Below are positions 39,453 to 51,849 of a stretch of DNA of 64,000 nt, in pieces (within the stretch, counting starts at the first letter, position 1; the number at the start of each line of letters is the position of its first letter). Position numbers and translations under genes: made by a program. The notes under the pieces are model-generated. The model made no database searches and was not told where the DNA came from. It saw only the letters and a program-made list of their open reading frames with translations. Origin of the DNA: Vicugna vicugna (Eukaryota); contig MU061578.1 of NCBI GenBank assembly GCA_013265495.1, positions 2,799,308 to 2,863,307 of the forward strand. Direction: 5' to 3'.

Positions 39453-41879
39453 CCATCAAGCTTGTTCCTGCCACAGGGCCTTTGCACTTGCTGCTCCCTC
39501 TGCTTGGAACACTAATCAATCCACTTGACAGCAAAGGGGGAGGGAGGGATGAATTACATGTGCTTCTGAAGTGTGGGAGACCTGGATCGAGGGTTCTAGA
39601 GACGCTCTGGCTTCAGGGACTCATCCACACTGGTCCTTCTTCTTGGGACACTCTCCCCTGCAAGGCTGCCTCCTCCTCTTTTCTCTGTCCTTTTGGTTCG
39701 TTCGTTTTCTTGGTAACACTTATGGCACCTTCTAACCATATATGTGCCTGCAAGTGGCATCCCCAAGGCCTGGGCTATGTGCTTTTCGGCAGCACTGACC
39801 TCAAACCTGCGCCCATCTCAATTCTCAGCACACACTAGGACCAACAAAGAAAAGCCAACGAGCATAGAAAGAAATAATTCACACTTGCCAATGGCCCACA
39901 CAGCCCGAAGAAAGGTGTCCAGGGAGGGGAATGACAGGCTGTGAGCTCAGCGCACACAGCCAACAGAGCATCACCAGGCTGACTTCCTGTCATAACAACT
40001 TGTTGGAAGAGCCCTGTCTGGAGCCCCTAGATAACAGTGGGGCTGGTCAGCAGCAGAGGGGCGCTTGGGCACAACTCTCCCTGACCGTGACAGGGAAGGC
40101 ATTGCCTTCCTCAAGTAAGCAGTGGCTGCCCCAACAATGGCACCATCCCAGGCATTGGGGGAACCCCAGAGCTCAGGCTCCACCTGGAAGATGGGGTACC
40201 TGAAATAAGGAGTCTACCCAGTGCCAGTTCTCCAGGATCAGGGGGCTGTCAGCCAGAGATTCCCTGTATTTGTGAGGGCTAGTGTCAGACACCACTGTAC
40301 TGACATTTATGGAGGGCTGACTGCACCATTTTTGTCTTCATGACACGCTGATGGGATGGGAACTCGTATTTCCCCATTCTACAGATGAACAAGTTGAGGC
40401 TCAGGAAGGCAGACTGACTTGATTTACATCACATGGCCAGTAAGTGGCGGGGTCGGAGCACAGAGCCATCTGACCCAGACCCCAACCCTGATCCACCCTG
40501 TCCTGCTTCTCAGGGGACTTTGACTTCATCACACGTGTCAGTGCTGTGGAAATCCTGAGTCCCCTGGCCTAAAACCCATAGACTGGGGGCCGTCTTCAGC
40601 AGGTCACAGGGTCTTACAGGATCAAATAGTTCACAGGACCCTCCCTGTGTTGGAGACCAGCTCACACAGCTGGTTTTGTCCCTGCTTAAGAGCCTCAGAT
40701 GCTGACTGCTGTCCCCATGAGTCAGGCCTTCGCATCTCCCCACTGGACAAACACATGGTGTGGCCTCCTCAGGGACACAAGGTAGCAGAAGGATTCAATT
40801 TCAGCCCTTCTGCCAAATGGCTGGACAGGGACACCCAAGCCTGCCAGCTTAGAAATGGAGCTGGTCCCAGGCCCAGAACCTGCTCAGGCAGGGCCACGAC
40901 TGGGCCAGGCAGAGGCCAATGGAAACTTCCGCTGAAGGCCTCCTGTGGGCCACTCATCCTGCAAAAATCCACATCAACAAACTTAGCGTGTACAGACAGG
41001 AGGCTGGATTCCTAGCCAGACTTGCCCACCTCCAGGCTGGGGAGCCTTGAGCACAGCACTTCCCCTCTCCCCCTGAGGCCCATCTGTAAAGGGGAGTAAC
41101 CATGGAAGCTCCCAACCAGCTCTCAGCTGTGTCTGTTTCCCTGCTTCCTTTGTCACGACCGCTGAAGTAAAAAGTCATCAGCCCCGAATCCCCAGCGCTT
41201 GTCAAATGCCTAGCACGCAGTCGACACTTAGTAGACACGATGTCATGAATGAATGACTGGGTAGCGTAGCCATGAAGTGCATGGACTCTGGGGCTTGGGT
41301 TCTAATCTCTGCTCTGCTTCTTACCAGCTCTGTGGCCTTGAACAAGTCAACAAGCTCTCAGTTCCTTCCTCCATTTGCTAAGAGGAGAATAAGAAAAGTA
41401 GTACAGTACCGAATTGTTAGGGGAATACGGGAGTCCGCTTTGGCAAAGCGCTGAGAACAGTGCCTGGCACATGGTTCATTCTACATAAGCATTTGTTAAA
41501 TAAATTTAAATTTTAAAAAAAGAGTGAGATTCTAAAAAGTACAGAAAAGCTATTTCTGCTAATCACTTGACAGCTGCTCCCTCCTCCCCTCGCTCCTTCC
41601 TTCCTGCTCTTCCTCATGCAAATTCAAAGGAAGCTGGAACACGACTTACCCCAAACTTTCCACCAAAAGTGGGGAAAGAATATCCAAACCACAGCAATGG
41701 ATTCTAGCCCAATACTTCACCTTCCCTTTCCATGCCGCAGGTTGGATCCAGGCGCTGACCACAAAGTGCGCCCTCCCCATCACATCCCTCAAGGGTCTTC
41801 TTTGTCCACCTCCAGCTTTCCCTGCAAGCCTGGGAGACCCCAGGATAGATGTATCAATCCTCTCAACTCCCCCAGCTCT

Positions 41880-42250
41880 TTTTCTAAAAATGGAGATATA
41901 ATTCTCCTGTTATAAAACGCACCCTCCTAAAGTGTACAATCAATGGGTTATAGAACGTTCACTAAGTTGTGCAACCATCACCACTATCTAATAGCAGAAC
42001 GTTTCATCTCCCCAAAAGAAACCCCGACACCCATCACAGTCACTGCTCATCCCCCTACCCAAGCCCTAGGCAACCACTGATCCACTTTCTGTCTCTATGG
42101 ATTTGCCTTTTCTGGAGATTTCAGACAAATGGAATCATTCAATACATGGCCTTTTGTGTCTGGCTTCTTTCACTGATGGTTTTGACCCATGTTGTAGCCT
42201 GTGTCAATGCTTTATTCATTTTCATAGCTGAATAATATTCCATTGCGTGG
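41880..42250 (-). mobile_element. L1M (L1MB-like) 3' fragment
   Basis: aagtgtacaat...ttgtgcaaccatcaccactatcta...ctttctgtctctatggatttgcc. Confidence 0.75.
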
Positions 42251-42789
42251 ACTCTCTCCCCCAACTCTTGGCAGAGTTGCTCAGAATTGATGAAGGAGCC
42301 ATCAGACACCCCCGATGGCAGCAGTGTTGTCCCAGCTGATGAAAGGACCCGGGCATGGGAGAACCAGGGAGACATTATGCTGGCGCCTTTTGAAATGACT
42401 GCTTTATACAATCTATAGAAACAGCTGCACCCACATGGCCCTATAATTGGAAAACCTGCTGCTGTTCTAGTCAAAGCCAGCTCAGGAGACAAAAGATGGA
42501 GACGGAGGGTCAGAAGGACCCTGCAGCGGGGCACCCAGATACGTGAGGGGGCAAGGGTGAGAGGCAGTGGAACAGCAGAGATAAAGCACAGGGTTTGGAT
42601 CCTGCCTCTACCACTTGCCAGCTGGGTGACCTCGCTGAGACTCAGTTTCCTCAGAAAGAAAAGAGAATGATGATGCTGACTTTGTAAGGGTGGTTATAGA
42701 GATTAAAGGGAGATAAGCTGTGTCAGGCACTTAGCACAGTGCCAGACACCACACAGTAGATTTGTTTTAGACAAGAGTAAACCACCAGG

Positions 42790-43298
42790 AACTTGTATTG
42801 ATATTTGTACATCCATGTATACAGAAACATTATCCACAATAGCCAGAAAGTGGAAACAACCCAAATGTCCATTGACGAATGAATGGATAAACAAAATATG
42901 GTCCAGCCACATGGTGGAATATTATGCAGCCATGAAAATGAATGAAACACCAGTACATACTACAGTGTGGCTGAACCTCAAAAACATGATGCTCAGTGAA
43001 AGAAGACAGATACAAAAGGACAAATACTGTATGACTCCACTCATATGAGGTCCCTAGAGAGGTCAAAATCATAGAGACAGAAAGTAGTATGGTGGTTGCC
43101 AGGGGCTAGGGGAGGGGGAGATCGGGGAGTTACTGTTTAATGGGGACAGAATTTCAATTTGGAAGGATGAAAAAATTGTGGAGATGGATGACTGTATAAC
43201 GATGTGAATGCACTTAATGCCACTGAACTGTACACCTAAAAATTGTTAAATGGTAAGTTTTGCATTATGTATATGTTACCACAATTTTTTTTTAAAAA
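42790..43298 (+). mobile_element. L1M (L1MB-like) 3' fragment
   Basis: cacaatagccagaaagtggaaacaacccaaatgtccattgacgaatgaatggataaacaaa...gccactgaactgtacacctaaaaat. Confidence 0.8.
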
Positions 43299-44729
43299 GA
43301 GGTAAGCCATCTTCTAGATGGTTTATAGCCCTACCAGATCATGTTTTGGCTTGGGCATCATATCTGTGTTTATTTGTTTATAGTCAACACCTCCGTCTCT
43401 ATGTCTGTTTTCTTCCCCGCTGGATTCCCTAGTGCCCTTGTACCACACCTGGGACACTGTAGACACCTAGCCAATATTTGCTGAATGAGGGATGGAAGAA
43501 AGGAAGGGGCAATCTGGGGGAAAGAAAACAGGAAGTTCGACCATTGTTGTGTCTATATATGGAAGAGCAGGCTGAGCAGAACAGACTCCTTTTCTCAGTG
43601 TGAGTGGGCTTCCGTCTACACCCACGGGCACACTATGGGAGGCACACAGCCTGGGGGTGACCTGTGTCTGAGTATCGCTGTTCATGTCCCCCTGTGCAGA
43701 GTGAGGTTCTGGAAGGTGCTCATGCACAGGCGAGTAAATGTCTGAGTAATTCCCCTTTGCGGTCGTGACAGCAGTGCATCCACAGCTGCTGGGCAATGAA
43801 CAAGGTGCAGGGGAACAGTCTTGTCTGTTTTTCACAAGTTCCTTGTCCTGTGGCTGCAGCACAGGGGCACAGTTATCAGGGCCTGGTTACTGTTCATTCT
43901 TGCTTCTGGTCCCTTCTCATATGACAGGACCTCCCTTCGCCTGGCTGGGACCTGGTTTCCTCCTCGTGACATCATGCCATCGGAACACCTGGCTTCTCTG
44001 GCACTGGGGCAGCGAGCAGCCCATCTGCCCGGCCCGGGGACTACACAAAAACCTGCTGTGGCTTCTTACCCACTCATGGGGAGTGGGGCAGGGGAACTCT
44101 CCTTCTCTGAACATGCCCCGTGCCCACAGACCTCCGTGATCAGCTGAGACCCTGATGGTTCAGGGAAAGACAGATAGGCATTGAGGCCAGCCCCGAGCAT
44201 CTTGACATTTAGTGCTATGTCAGGATCTTGATGGGAGGGAAATGCTATTTTAGATTCTCCAAGCATCCCAGGAATGCACCGGGCTTTCGGGCCTTCGCTA
44301 CCTCTGCTTCCCCATGCTCCTCCCACCTCCAGGATGGAAATTCCCCCTCCAATCCACTTTCCACATGGCAGCCAGAAAATCCTCCTAAACCCCAAATCTG
44401 ATCATGTCACTCCCCTGCTTAAAACCTTCCAAAGCTTCCAAAAGCCTCGAAGAAACGAAATGACCCCGCCAGCCACTTTCTAAGTCACGGGGACCCAACT
44501 AAGCCACATTTATTTCTTCAGAGAGACAAGTTCTGCCGCATGGGCCTTTGCACACGGGGCAGGGGGAGGGTGGGGAGAAGGGAGGTGCTCCCCCACCCCA
44601 CCCCAGGAAGGCTCAGCCTGGCTGACTTGAAAGACCTTTGACTGGTGACCTTGGGCCCTTCTCTGTGTTCCTCTTATACTCTGTTCTTTCTTCCCCCATT
44701 ACAAATCATGCTATATGGCATTGCCTGGA

Positions 44730-44730
<1 letters not shown>

Positions 44731-44764
<34 letters not shown>

Positions 44765-44811
44765 ACACACGTGCACACACACACAAACACATACACACAC
44801 ACACACTACAC
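44731..44811. repeat. Compound (CT)n(CA)n microsatellite
   Basis: tctctctctc...cacacac... read directly. Confidence 0.9.
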
Positions 44812-45803
44812 GCTCTTTGAGGACAGGAAGGGATGTCAGGAGAACCAGGTCAAGAAGGAAGAGAACAGGACAGACTCAGTCTCCACCTTTCTGAAGCTTA
44901 ATTTAATGAAAAAGACCCATATAAACAAAGAAATTAGCAAATCCCATACAAACAAGTAAGCAAGCAAATTAACAGAATAATGATGCATTTCAAAAAGCGC
45001 CAAGAATCACCTATTTTGCAACCCCTGCCCCTGGCACCGTGCTCAGCATACCATGGAAATTCGATCAATATTTATGGAATGCATACTTTCGTAAATCAAC
45101 ACGTGCATAAAATGATGAAATCCCTCCGAAAACAGAAGGTTACTTTGCTGGGCAGTGGATCACCTCCATGCTCCTCGCCCAGATCAGAGCCCATCAGGGC
45201 CCTGTAAGCAATCCAGGATGGAAAATGTTGCTTCCCTTAATCTGTTAGCAACAGGATCAGATGACAGGCTCCAGGGAACTAATTTAAACTCATTTAAATA
45301 AGGCCCCCTGCTGCTTTGTTAAAACTACGTCCATAACAACACTTCCAGTGGGAAGTGCCGTTGGCCTGGGCTGCAAGATTTACCTTCAGAGTGCTCCTTA
45401 CTAATAACCCATTTGTTAAATTACAAGCTGTTTATCAATACAAAAGTCCAGGTCTTTAAATATTTTAACACTTAATTGCTGTCTTCAGCCCTCACCTCTA
45501 TAACCCCTCCTCCGCATAAACAGCTGACTGCTTAGGAAATTCTATTCCCTGTCCTCTTCCTTCTTAAGGTCTGCAGAATCTGAGATGACCCGAAGCCACA
45601 GGGCCTTGAGCCCCACAGGGACCCCTGAACAGCAGACATACAAGAGGCCACCAGGTCATTCCTGAAGCCACCTCGGCCACTGGCACAGAGATGTTTACTT
45701 ATCAGAACCAGAATCTGGGGTGTCTGGCTGTGAGCTCAAGCTATGGGGTCAGATTCCCCAAATTCAAATCTCTGCCTTTTACCGATGATGCCATTGACTG
45801 AGA

Positions 45804-46350
45804 GTTAGGGGCTGAACTGTGTCCCCTAAAAGAGCTATACTGAAGATCTAACTTCGGGTTCCTCAGAATGTGACCTCATTTGGAAATATTGTCCTTTTTT
45901 TCTTTAATTGAAGTACAGTTGATTTACAATGTTGTGTTAGTTTCTGGTGTACAGCATAGTGATTCAGTTATACATATATACATTCTTTTTCATATTCTTT
46001 TTCATTATAGCTTAGGAAACGTGGTCTTTATATAGGTAATCAAGTTAAAATGAGGTCATCAGGGAGTCCTTATAAATCTAATATGACTAGTGTCCTGATG
46101 AAAAGGGGAAATTTGGACACAGAGTCACACATGTATAGGGAATATACCATGTGAAGGTTGGAGTTATGCTGCCACAAAGGAACCCCAGAAGCTAGGAGAG
46201 AAGCCTGAAACAGATCCTTCCCCAGCGCCTTCAGAGGGAACACGACCCTGCCGGCCCCTGGATCTCGGACTTCTGGCCTCAAGAACTGGGAAGCAGTTCT
46301 AAGCCACCCAGTTGTGGTGCTTTGTTACACAGCCCTAGCAAACAAATACA
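45804..46350 (+). mobile_element. ERVL-MaLR solo LTR interrupted by a short younger L1 3' end
   Basis: ggctgaactgtgtcccc...cctcagaatgtgacc...gcagccctagcaaacaaataca-type end, with an insert at about 45895-46012. Confidence 0.75.
45895..46012 (-). mobile_element. Heavily 5'-truncated L1 3' end (artiodactyl-type)
   Basis: T-tract then ttaattgaagtacagttgatttacaatgttgtgttagtttctggtgtacagcatagtgattcagttatacat; diverged TSD ggaaatattgtcctt / ggaaacgtggtcttt. Confidence 0.75.
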
Positions 46351-46929
46351 CAGACTAAAGGACAGTCTCCTTAATCTCTTTAAGCCTCAGTTTCCTCTTC
46401 TGCTGCAGCTGAGAATGCTATACAAGTACCTGCCTCTGAGCTGGCCTGAAGGGCTGGCTCTGCTCCCCTTTGTGAGGTCCTGATGGGGTGTAAGCATTCC
46501 AGACACAGTCCTGATGATAACTCCCCCAGTGGGACCACTTACTCAGTTCAGATGCCACCCCCAATAATTTCAGATCTGCAGCCCCAAGAAACAGCAGAGC
46601 TCATGCTTGGGAATGTAAATTCTGGATCTGAACCTCCTGCGGTTAAATCCCCACCTGCCATGTGTTCACTTGGTGGCATTGGGTAAATCCATTTATCCTT
46701 TCTGTGCCTCAGTCTCCTCATCTGTATAATGGGGCTTACTCACTGAACCCAACTCATGGGGTGGTTCTGAGAAGCACATGATTTAATATTCAAAGGGGGC
46801 TCAGAACAGTGCCTGGGACCTCACAGGTGCTGTGTACGTATTTGTTAAATAAAATTTAAAATAGAATCTACCTAAATCTGCCAAGTAACCACCACCATTC
46901 ACAGCAGGGGCTTCTTTGGAAGGAGTATG

Positions 46930-47432
46930 TCCACACAAACTTGTGTATCCGTGTTCATAGCAGTGTTATTCATAATAGCCCCCAGTGGGAAACAACCTAA
47001 ATGCCCATCAACTGATGAACGGATAAACAAACGTGATCTATCCACACAACATGAATGTTACTCAGCCATAAAAAGGGACGAAGTATGATAGATGCTACAA
47101 TCTGGATGAGCCTTGAAAATACTTTGCTAAGTGAGAGAAGCCGGTCATGAAAGGCTATATATTGTATGATTCCATTTATCTGAAATGTCCAAAATGGGCA
47201 AATCTATGGACAAAGAGAAGATTTGTGATTGTCTAGGGTCAGGCAGGATGGGGGAGATCAGGAGTTGATGACTAACGGGTGTTGGGTTTCTTTTGGGGGT
47301 GATGATAATGTTCTAAAACTGACAGTGGTGATGGTTGCACAACTCTGTACAGTACACTGACTTGTATTCTGTAAATGGGTGAATTGTATGGTATGTGAGT
47401 TATAGCTCAAAAAAGCTGTTAAAACAATAAAT
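46930..47432 (+). mobile_element. L1M (L1MB-like) 3' fragment
   Basis: gttcatagcagtgttattcataatagcc...gtggtgatggttgcacaactctgt...aaagctgttaaaa. Confidence 0.75.
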
Positions 47433-47546
47433 AATAGTAATAAGCCTGAGTGATATTTCACAAGCATTAAACAACATGCCAGGCTCTGTCCAGGTACCCA
47501 TGTCCCTTCACTTAGTCCTCTCATCAACTCTGTGAGGAACAGGGGC

Positions 47547-47649
47547 CTTTTTTTTTTTTTTCTCCCTTACAGAGGTACCAGGGATTGAACCTAGGACCTT
47601 GTGCGTGCTAAGCACATGCTTTACCACTGAGCTATTTCCTCCCGTCCCC
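47547..47649 (-). mobile_element. tRNA-derived SINE (camelid Vic-type), minus strand
   Basis: T-tract followed by the reverse complement of the same head (GGGATTGAACC...CCACTGAGCTA); flanked by AGGGG(C/T)CCTT-like repeats. Confidence 0.8.
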
Positions 47650-50413
47650 AGGGGTCCTTATTACCCCCATTTCACCAATGAAGAAACTGGAGCAGGGACC
47701 CAGCCTGGAGGATCTGGCTCATAACCTCCACTCATACCAGAGAAAAGCCCAGATAACCTAGGAATCATTCACAATGGGTTATAGGCTGACCAGAGGGAGG
47801 CTCCAGGGCTCAAGTGGCCACAGGCCACAGGCCACAGGCCACAGTCTTTGTTTTCTACACACTGGGATCTCCACCAAGACCCGCCACCTTCTGGGACCCC
47901 ACATTCAAAGGGACCAGGATCCTCTCCAATCTTGGATACGCAGTTGCCTCTGTTGTCTTAATTGTTTTCCTCTGTTTAACAAGATAATACAAGCTCATTG
48001 TTCCGAGCCCAATAATACAGAATGCTGTCACGAAAGGAGAAAGCAAAGATCCCTAGAATTCCACCCTTCCGAAACAAAAATCACATCAAGGAATTTGGCC
48101 CAAGGAGAGAGACACCCATTCATTCATTAGATTAGTTACATTTTTGAAATGAAGAAGAAAAATCATTTTTTAAAAAATGTTAGGCTGGATCTAGAAAGGT
48201 TGCCTTGGCGCTATTTTATAACCCTTCCCGTGAATCCAATTTCAGTGGTTTGTGGACTTCAGTGGTTTGGTGGGTTTCTGAAGAAGCAAAGGGACACTTT
48301 GATTCTCAAGTCAGTTTTGCTAAACAGAAAAACCAAAAGGCCAGCTCGTCTGGTCACTCGGATGTGGTCAGAATAGCTGAGTTCATCTGAAACTTCCCTG
48401 GCATCTGACCCACACTGAGGGCAAGTGTTTAGCTGAGAAACAAAGACCAACATTAAGTGCAGAAAACCCCTTTTGTGCCCACACAGCGAGCAAGTTATGT
48501 TGAGTTATGCAGCTATTCTGGGGACAATGATGTTTTGTAAACAGTCGGCAAAGTGGCTTTGTGGGTGATGGTGGGGGCAGTTTGGGGCCCTTTCACCGAC
48601 AAGGACTACATGGAGAGAAGGTGACATCGTATTTGAAAAATTCAATTGACAAATTAGCACAAAGCAGATAATAAACATCTGAAAAACTTTGCATCCTGAT
48701 GTACCCACTAGCATTTATCCACCAACACCTAGAGACTGTCAACAGCTGGAGGAGTAAACGGAGTCCTCCTGCCTTTGATAATGGAACTTGAAGCTTACAC
48801 AACGTGCTTCAGATAGTCCAACAGTCCTATTAATTAGTACAGCCTTAATTGCTACATTAGCGGGCGTGTTTTATTTTAAAGTGCAATGATTGCAATTTTT
48901 TTTGAGAATCCTAAACATGCTAAGTTAAATTTACGTTCATGAAGCCCATGCAATAGTAAAAGTTTAGTAGTTTTCCATTCTATAGTTATTTGTCTCAGCT
49001 TCGTGGCTGTGCAGCTTTCTGGGCGCTGGATTGCCCCAGAAAGGCAGAGACAGTGTCTCTCTTCCATTGCGTGAACGAATGAATGAATGAGTCCTAGAGT
49101 CTTAGAATACGTAAGCCACCTGGAGCCTTAGACAGAGGACGATTATTTATACTTAGTCTGCTAAGTATAGACCAGGCCCTGTGCTGGGCACCTGCCACCA
49201 CAACAAACACACACTATAATTACCTTCAATCCTAATTACAAACTTATGAGGTACATATAACCAATCCTATTTCATAAATAAAGAAACGGAAGCTCAGAGA
49301 AATTCAGTGACTTTCCAAAAACATATAGCAAGAGCACAGCCAGGCAACAACACGGACCAAGCAATTCTGACTGCACATCCCGAGGTCTCTTCATCATCCC
49401 CTGGTGTCCCACTTCCATTCAAGTGAAGGAAAGTCCCACGGCCACAGGCAACAATGACAATAACAGTAACAATACCAGTAATAGCATTTGGTCTCTGCCA
49501 GACCCTGTACTGGGAGCTTTACGTGTATTGACTAATTTAATCCGCAGCAGATGCCCAGATTTGGAAACTATGCAATCCTCATTTTAGAGACAAAAAGTGT
49601 AGGCTCAGAGAGGTTAAGTAACTCGTCCGAGGAAACCCAGCTTGTCAATATGACCCCAGGCCTGCTCCTGCTTCTTTCCTGACCTGGAACCATCTACACA
49701 TAATAGCACAACATGCTTTTTAATCCCTTATGTGACTATAAACACATATGCAGGCAGATTCATAGAATAAGTTGGGGCAGGACATACACACACAGAGCCA
49801 TCAACCTTGGATGGAAACTATGGAAGTCCTCGGATAGAAGGCTAGGATTAAGCAGCCAGGGAGATGATGAGGAGGATGGGGGTGGATTCTGATATTCCTT
49901 AACACTTTGAGTACAGTCATTTATAATACCATGTGGTGTAACAACATGGACAGATGCATTTAGTGGGCACCTAGTGTATGCCAGGCACTAAGCCAGAGGC
50001 ACCAGACACTCATTTACTCCGCCCTACGACCCCATAGCATTGCCCTTCTTTTACCGGGAGCGAAGCTCCAACAGACAAAGTAATGGCATCAAGTAGGAAA
50101 CACACGTCTGCCTGTGCGCAGCACCTGCCCCTCGGTGCACAGACCACTGATCCAGGAGGCCAAGGCCCTGGGAGCCAGCAAATGCTCCCAGACCCTTCCT
50201 GTCCACCCCAGCCCACTCTGGTCTCAGCTTCTTTGAAAGGACGGGAAGGGGTATGTGAGCAAAGGGAGGACACTGGGGGGTCTTGTGGTTAAACTCTCAT
50301 CTCTGTAGTGCCCCGGGTGGATCTGAGCCTGGCCACAGAGCTTAAGCTCATCCCTTCACTCATCCAAGCTTCGCTTTAGTGGCAGTAAAATGAACTAATA
50401 AGAGCTATTGGAA

Positions 50414-50614
50414 GTGTGGGATAAATAAATAAATAAATGTGTGGAGAAAGTAAATAAATAAATGTGGGGGAATAAATAAATAAATTATGGGGGAAAATAT
50501 AAATAAAAGTACAATGGGAAAATAAATAAATAAATGTATGTGTGGGAAAAATAAATAAATAAAAGTGGGGGAATAAATAAAAGCGTGGGGGGAAATAAGT
50601 TAAAATGGGGGGAA
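50414..50614. repeat. Degenerate minisatellite, unit about TGTGGGGGAA(TAAA)2-4, roughly 8-9 copies
   Basis: Alternating G-runs and (TAAA)n blocks read directly. Confidence 0.85.
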
Positions 50615-51050
50615 GTTATTGGGAATTACATGAAACAATGTATGTAAAGAGTTAGCACTGCAAATGCGCAGTGAATGGCTGCTGCCATCATCACCATTAG
50701 TATATATAGCATGATTACTATTATTATTATCATTACACAAAATGACAGCAGTGGCTTGGCCCCTGATATCCTTGTTTTCTGTTGAAGGAGATGTAGGCGA
50801 GAGACGAGATAAGCTCCAATGAGGAAAAGAAAAAAGACCTTGTGTTTAGTCAGTGGGCAGGGGTCCTAGAAGTTGTGGTGGAAGGTGGGATGGTGAAGCA
50901 GAGGGGTTGTAATTAGAAGTTGGACCCACCAGGTCAGCAGAGTAGCTCATTAATTCCTTCTGATCTGGGGATCTGAGGGGCTCTCTCTCCCTCCCATCAT
51001 AGCTGACCTCCTGTATCCCTCCAAGTGCCCCAAGGTCAGGGGTCACTCAC

Positions 51051-51113
51051 CGCCATGACCAGCTCGAATGGATACTTGTAGATGCGGACAGGAGACTGGT
51101 ACTTCTGCACCAT
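51051..51113 (-). CDS. SEC14L5: SEC14L5 first coding segment (exon 2, whole exon about 51051-51165)
   Basis: aacATGg Kozak context. Encodes MVQKYQSPVRIYKYPFELVMA, then donor gtgagt; upstream acceptor ctctctcacccag at 51166. All 15 coding exons sum to 2088 nt (695 aa plus stop) with no frameshift. Confidence 0.95.
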
Positions 51114-51849
51114 GTTCTTGCAGGAATACAAGCGGAAGCCACCCAGGCAGGAGTGAGCACAGAGCCTGGGTGAGAGAGACTGGTGAGGTAGCAGCTCCCT
51201 CCAAGAGAAGCAGGAGTCCTGCCCACTGCTCCCCCACGCAAGGGGCAGGCCCACACACTCTGGCCCCACCCACACATCTCCCCAGCCCTCAAAGCAAAGG
51301 AGGTGAGGTGATCCCCAAACTGCTTCAGGCTAGGCCCCCAACACCGACCCACTGCCCCAGACCACATTTGCTCTTCAGGAGCAATCAGTACCTTCTAACT
51401 TTCCTCCATCCCCACATCTTCACTCTGAGGGACCTGGAAACCCCCATAAAGCTACCCACATGACAACACAGACATTCGCAATTCTTACACTCCCACAGTT
51501 CACACCCACGAACCACACAGCTTGCCGCGGACGTCCTGACCCTGCAGTCCCAAGAATCACTGTACCTGCCTTCCCATTTTCCTCCAAGACACCCTGACAT
51601 ACACAGTCTTCACCAGATTTCACACTCACTGCCTCTATCACATGCCCACACATGCACAACTCCTCTCCCACACGGGACTGCCCTTTCACATGCACTGCGC
51701 ATGCATTCAACTTTGCACAAACACCTAGTTCCCTGGAGCACGGACTTAGCCAACTCCACGCTCGCACACAATTCCCCTGAAGCTCACAGACGTCCACACA
51801 CAAGCACAAACACCGATGCACACATATACACACGCTTGCACGCACACGC

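Noticed and set aside
50414..50614. CRISPR-like repeat-spacer appearance
   Set aside because: Eukaryotic context, degenerate low-complexity units, no unique spacers and no cas genes.
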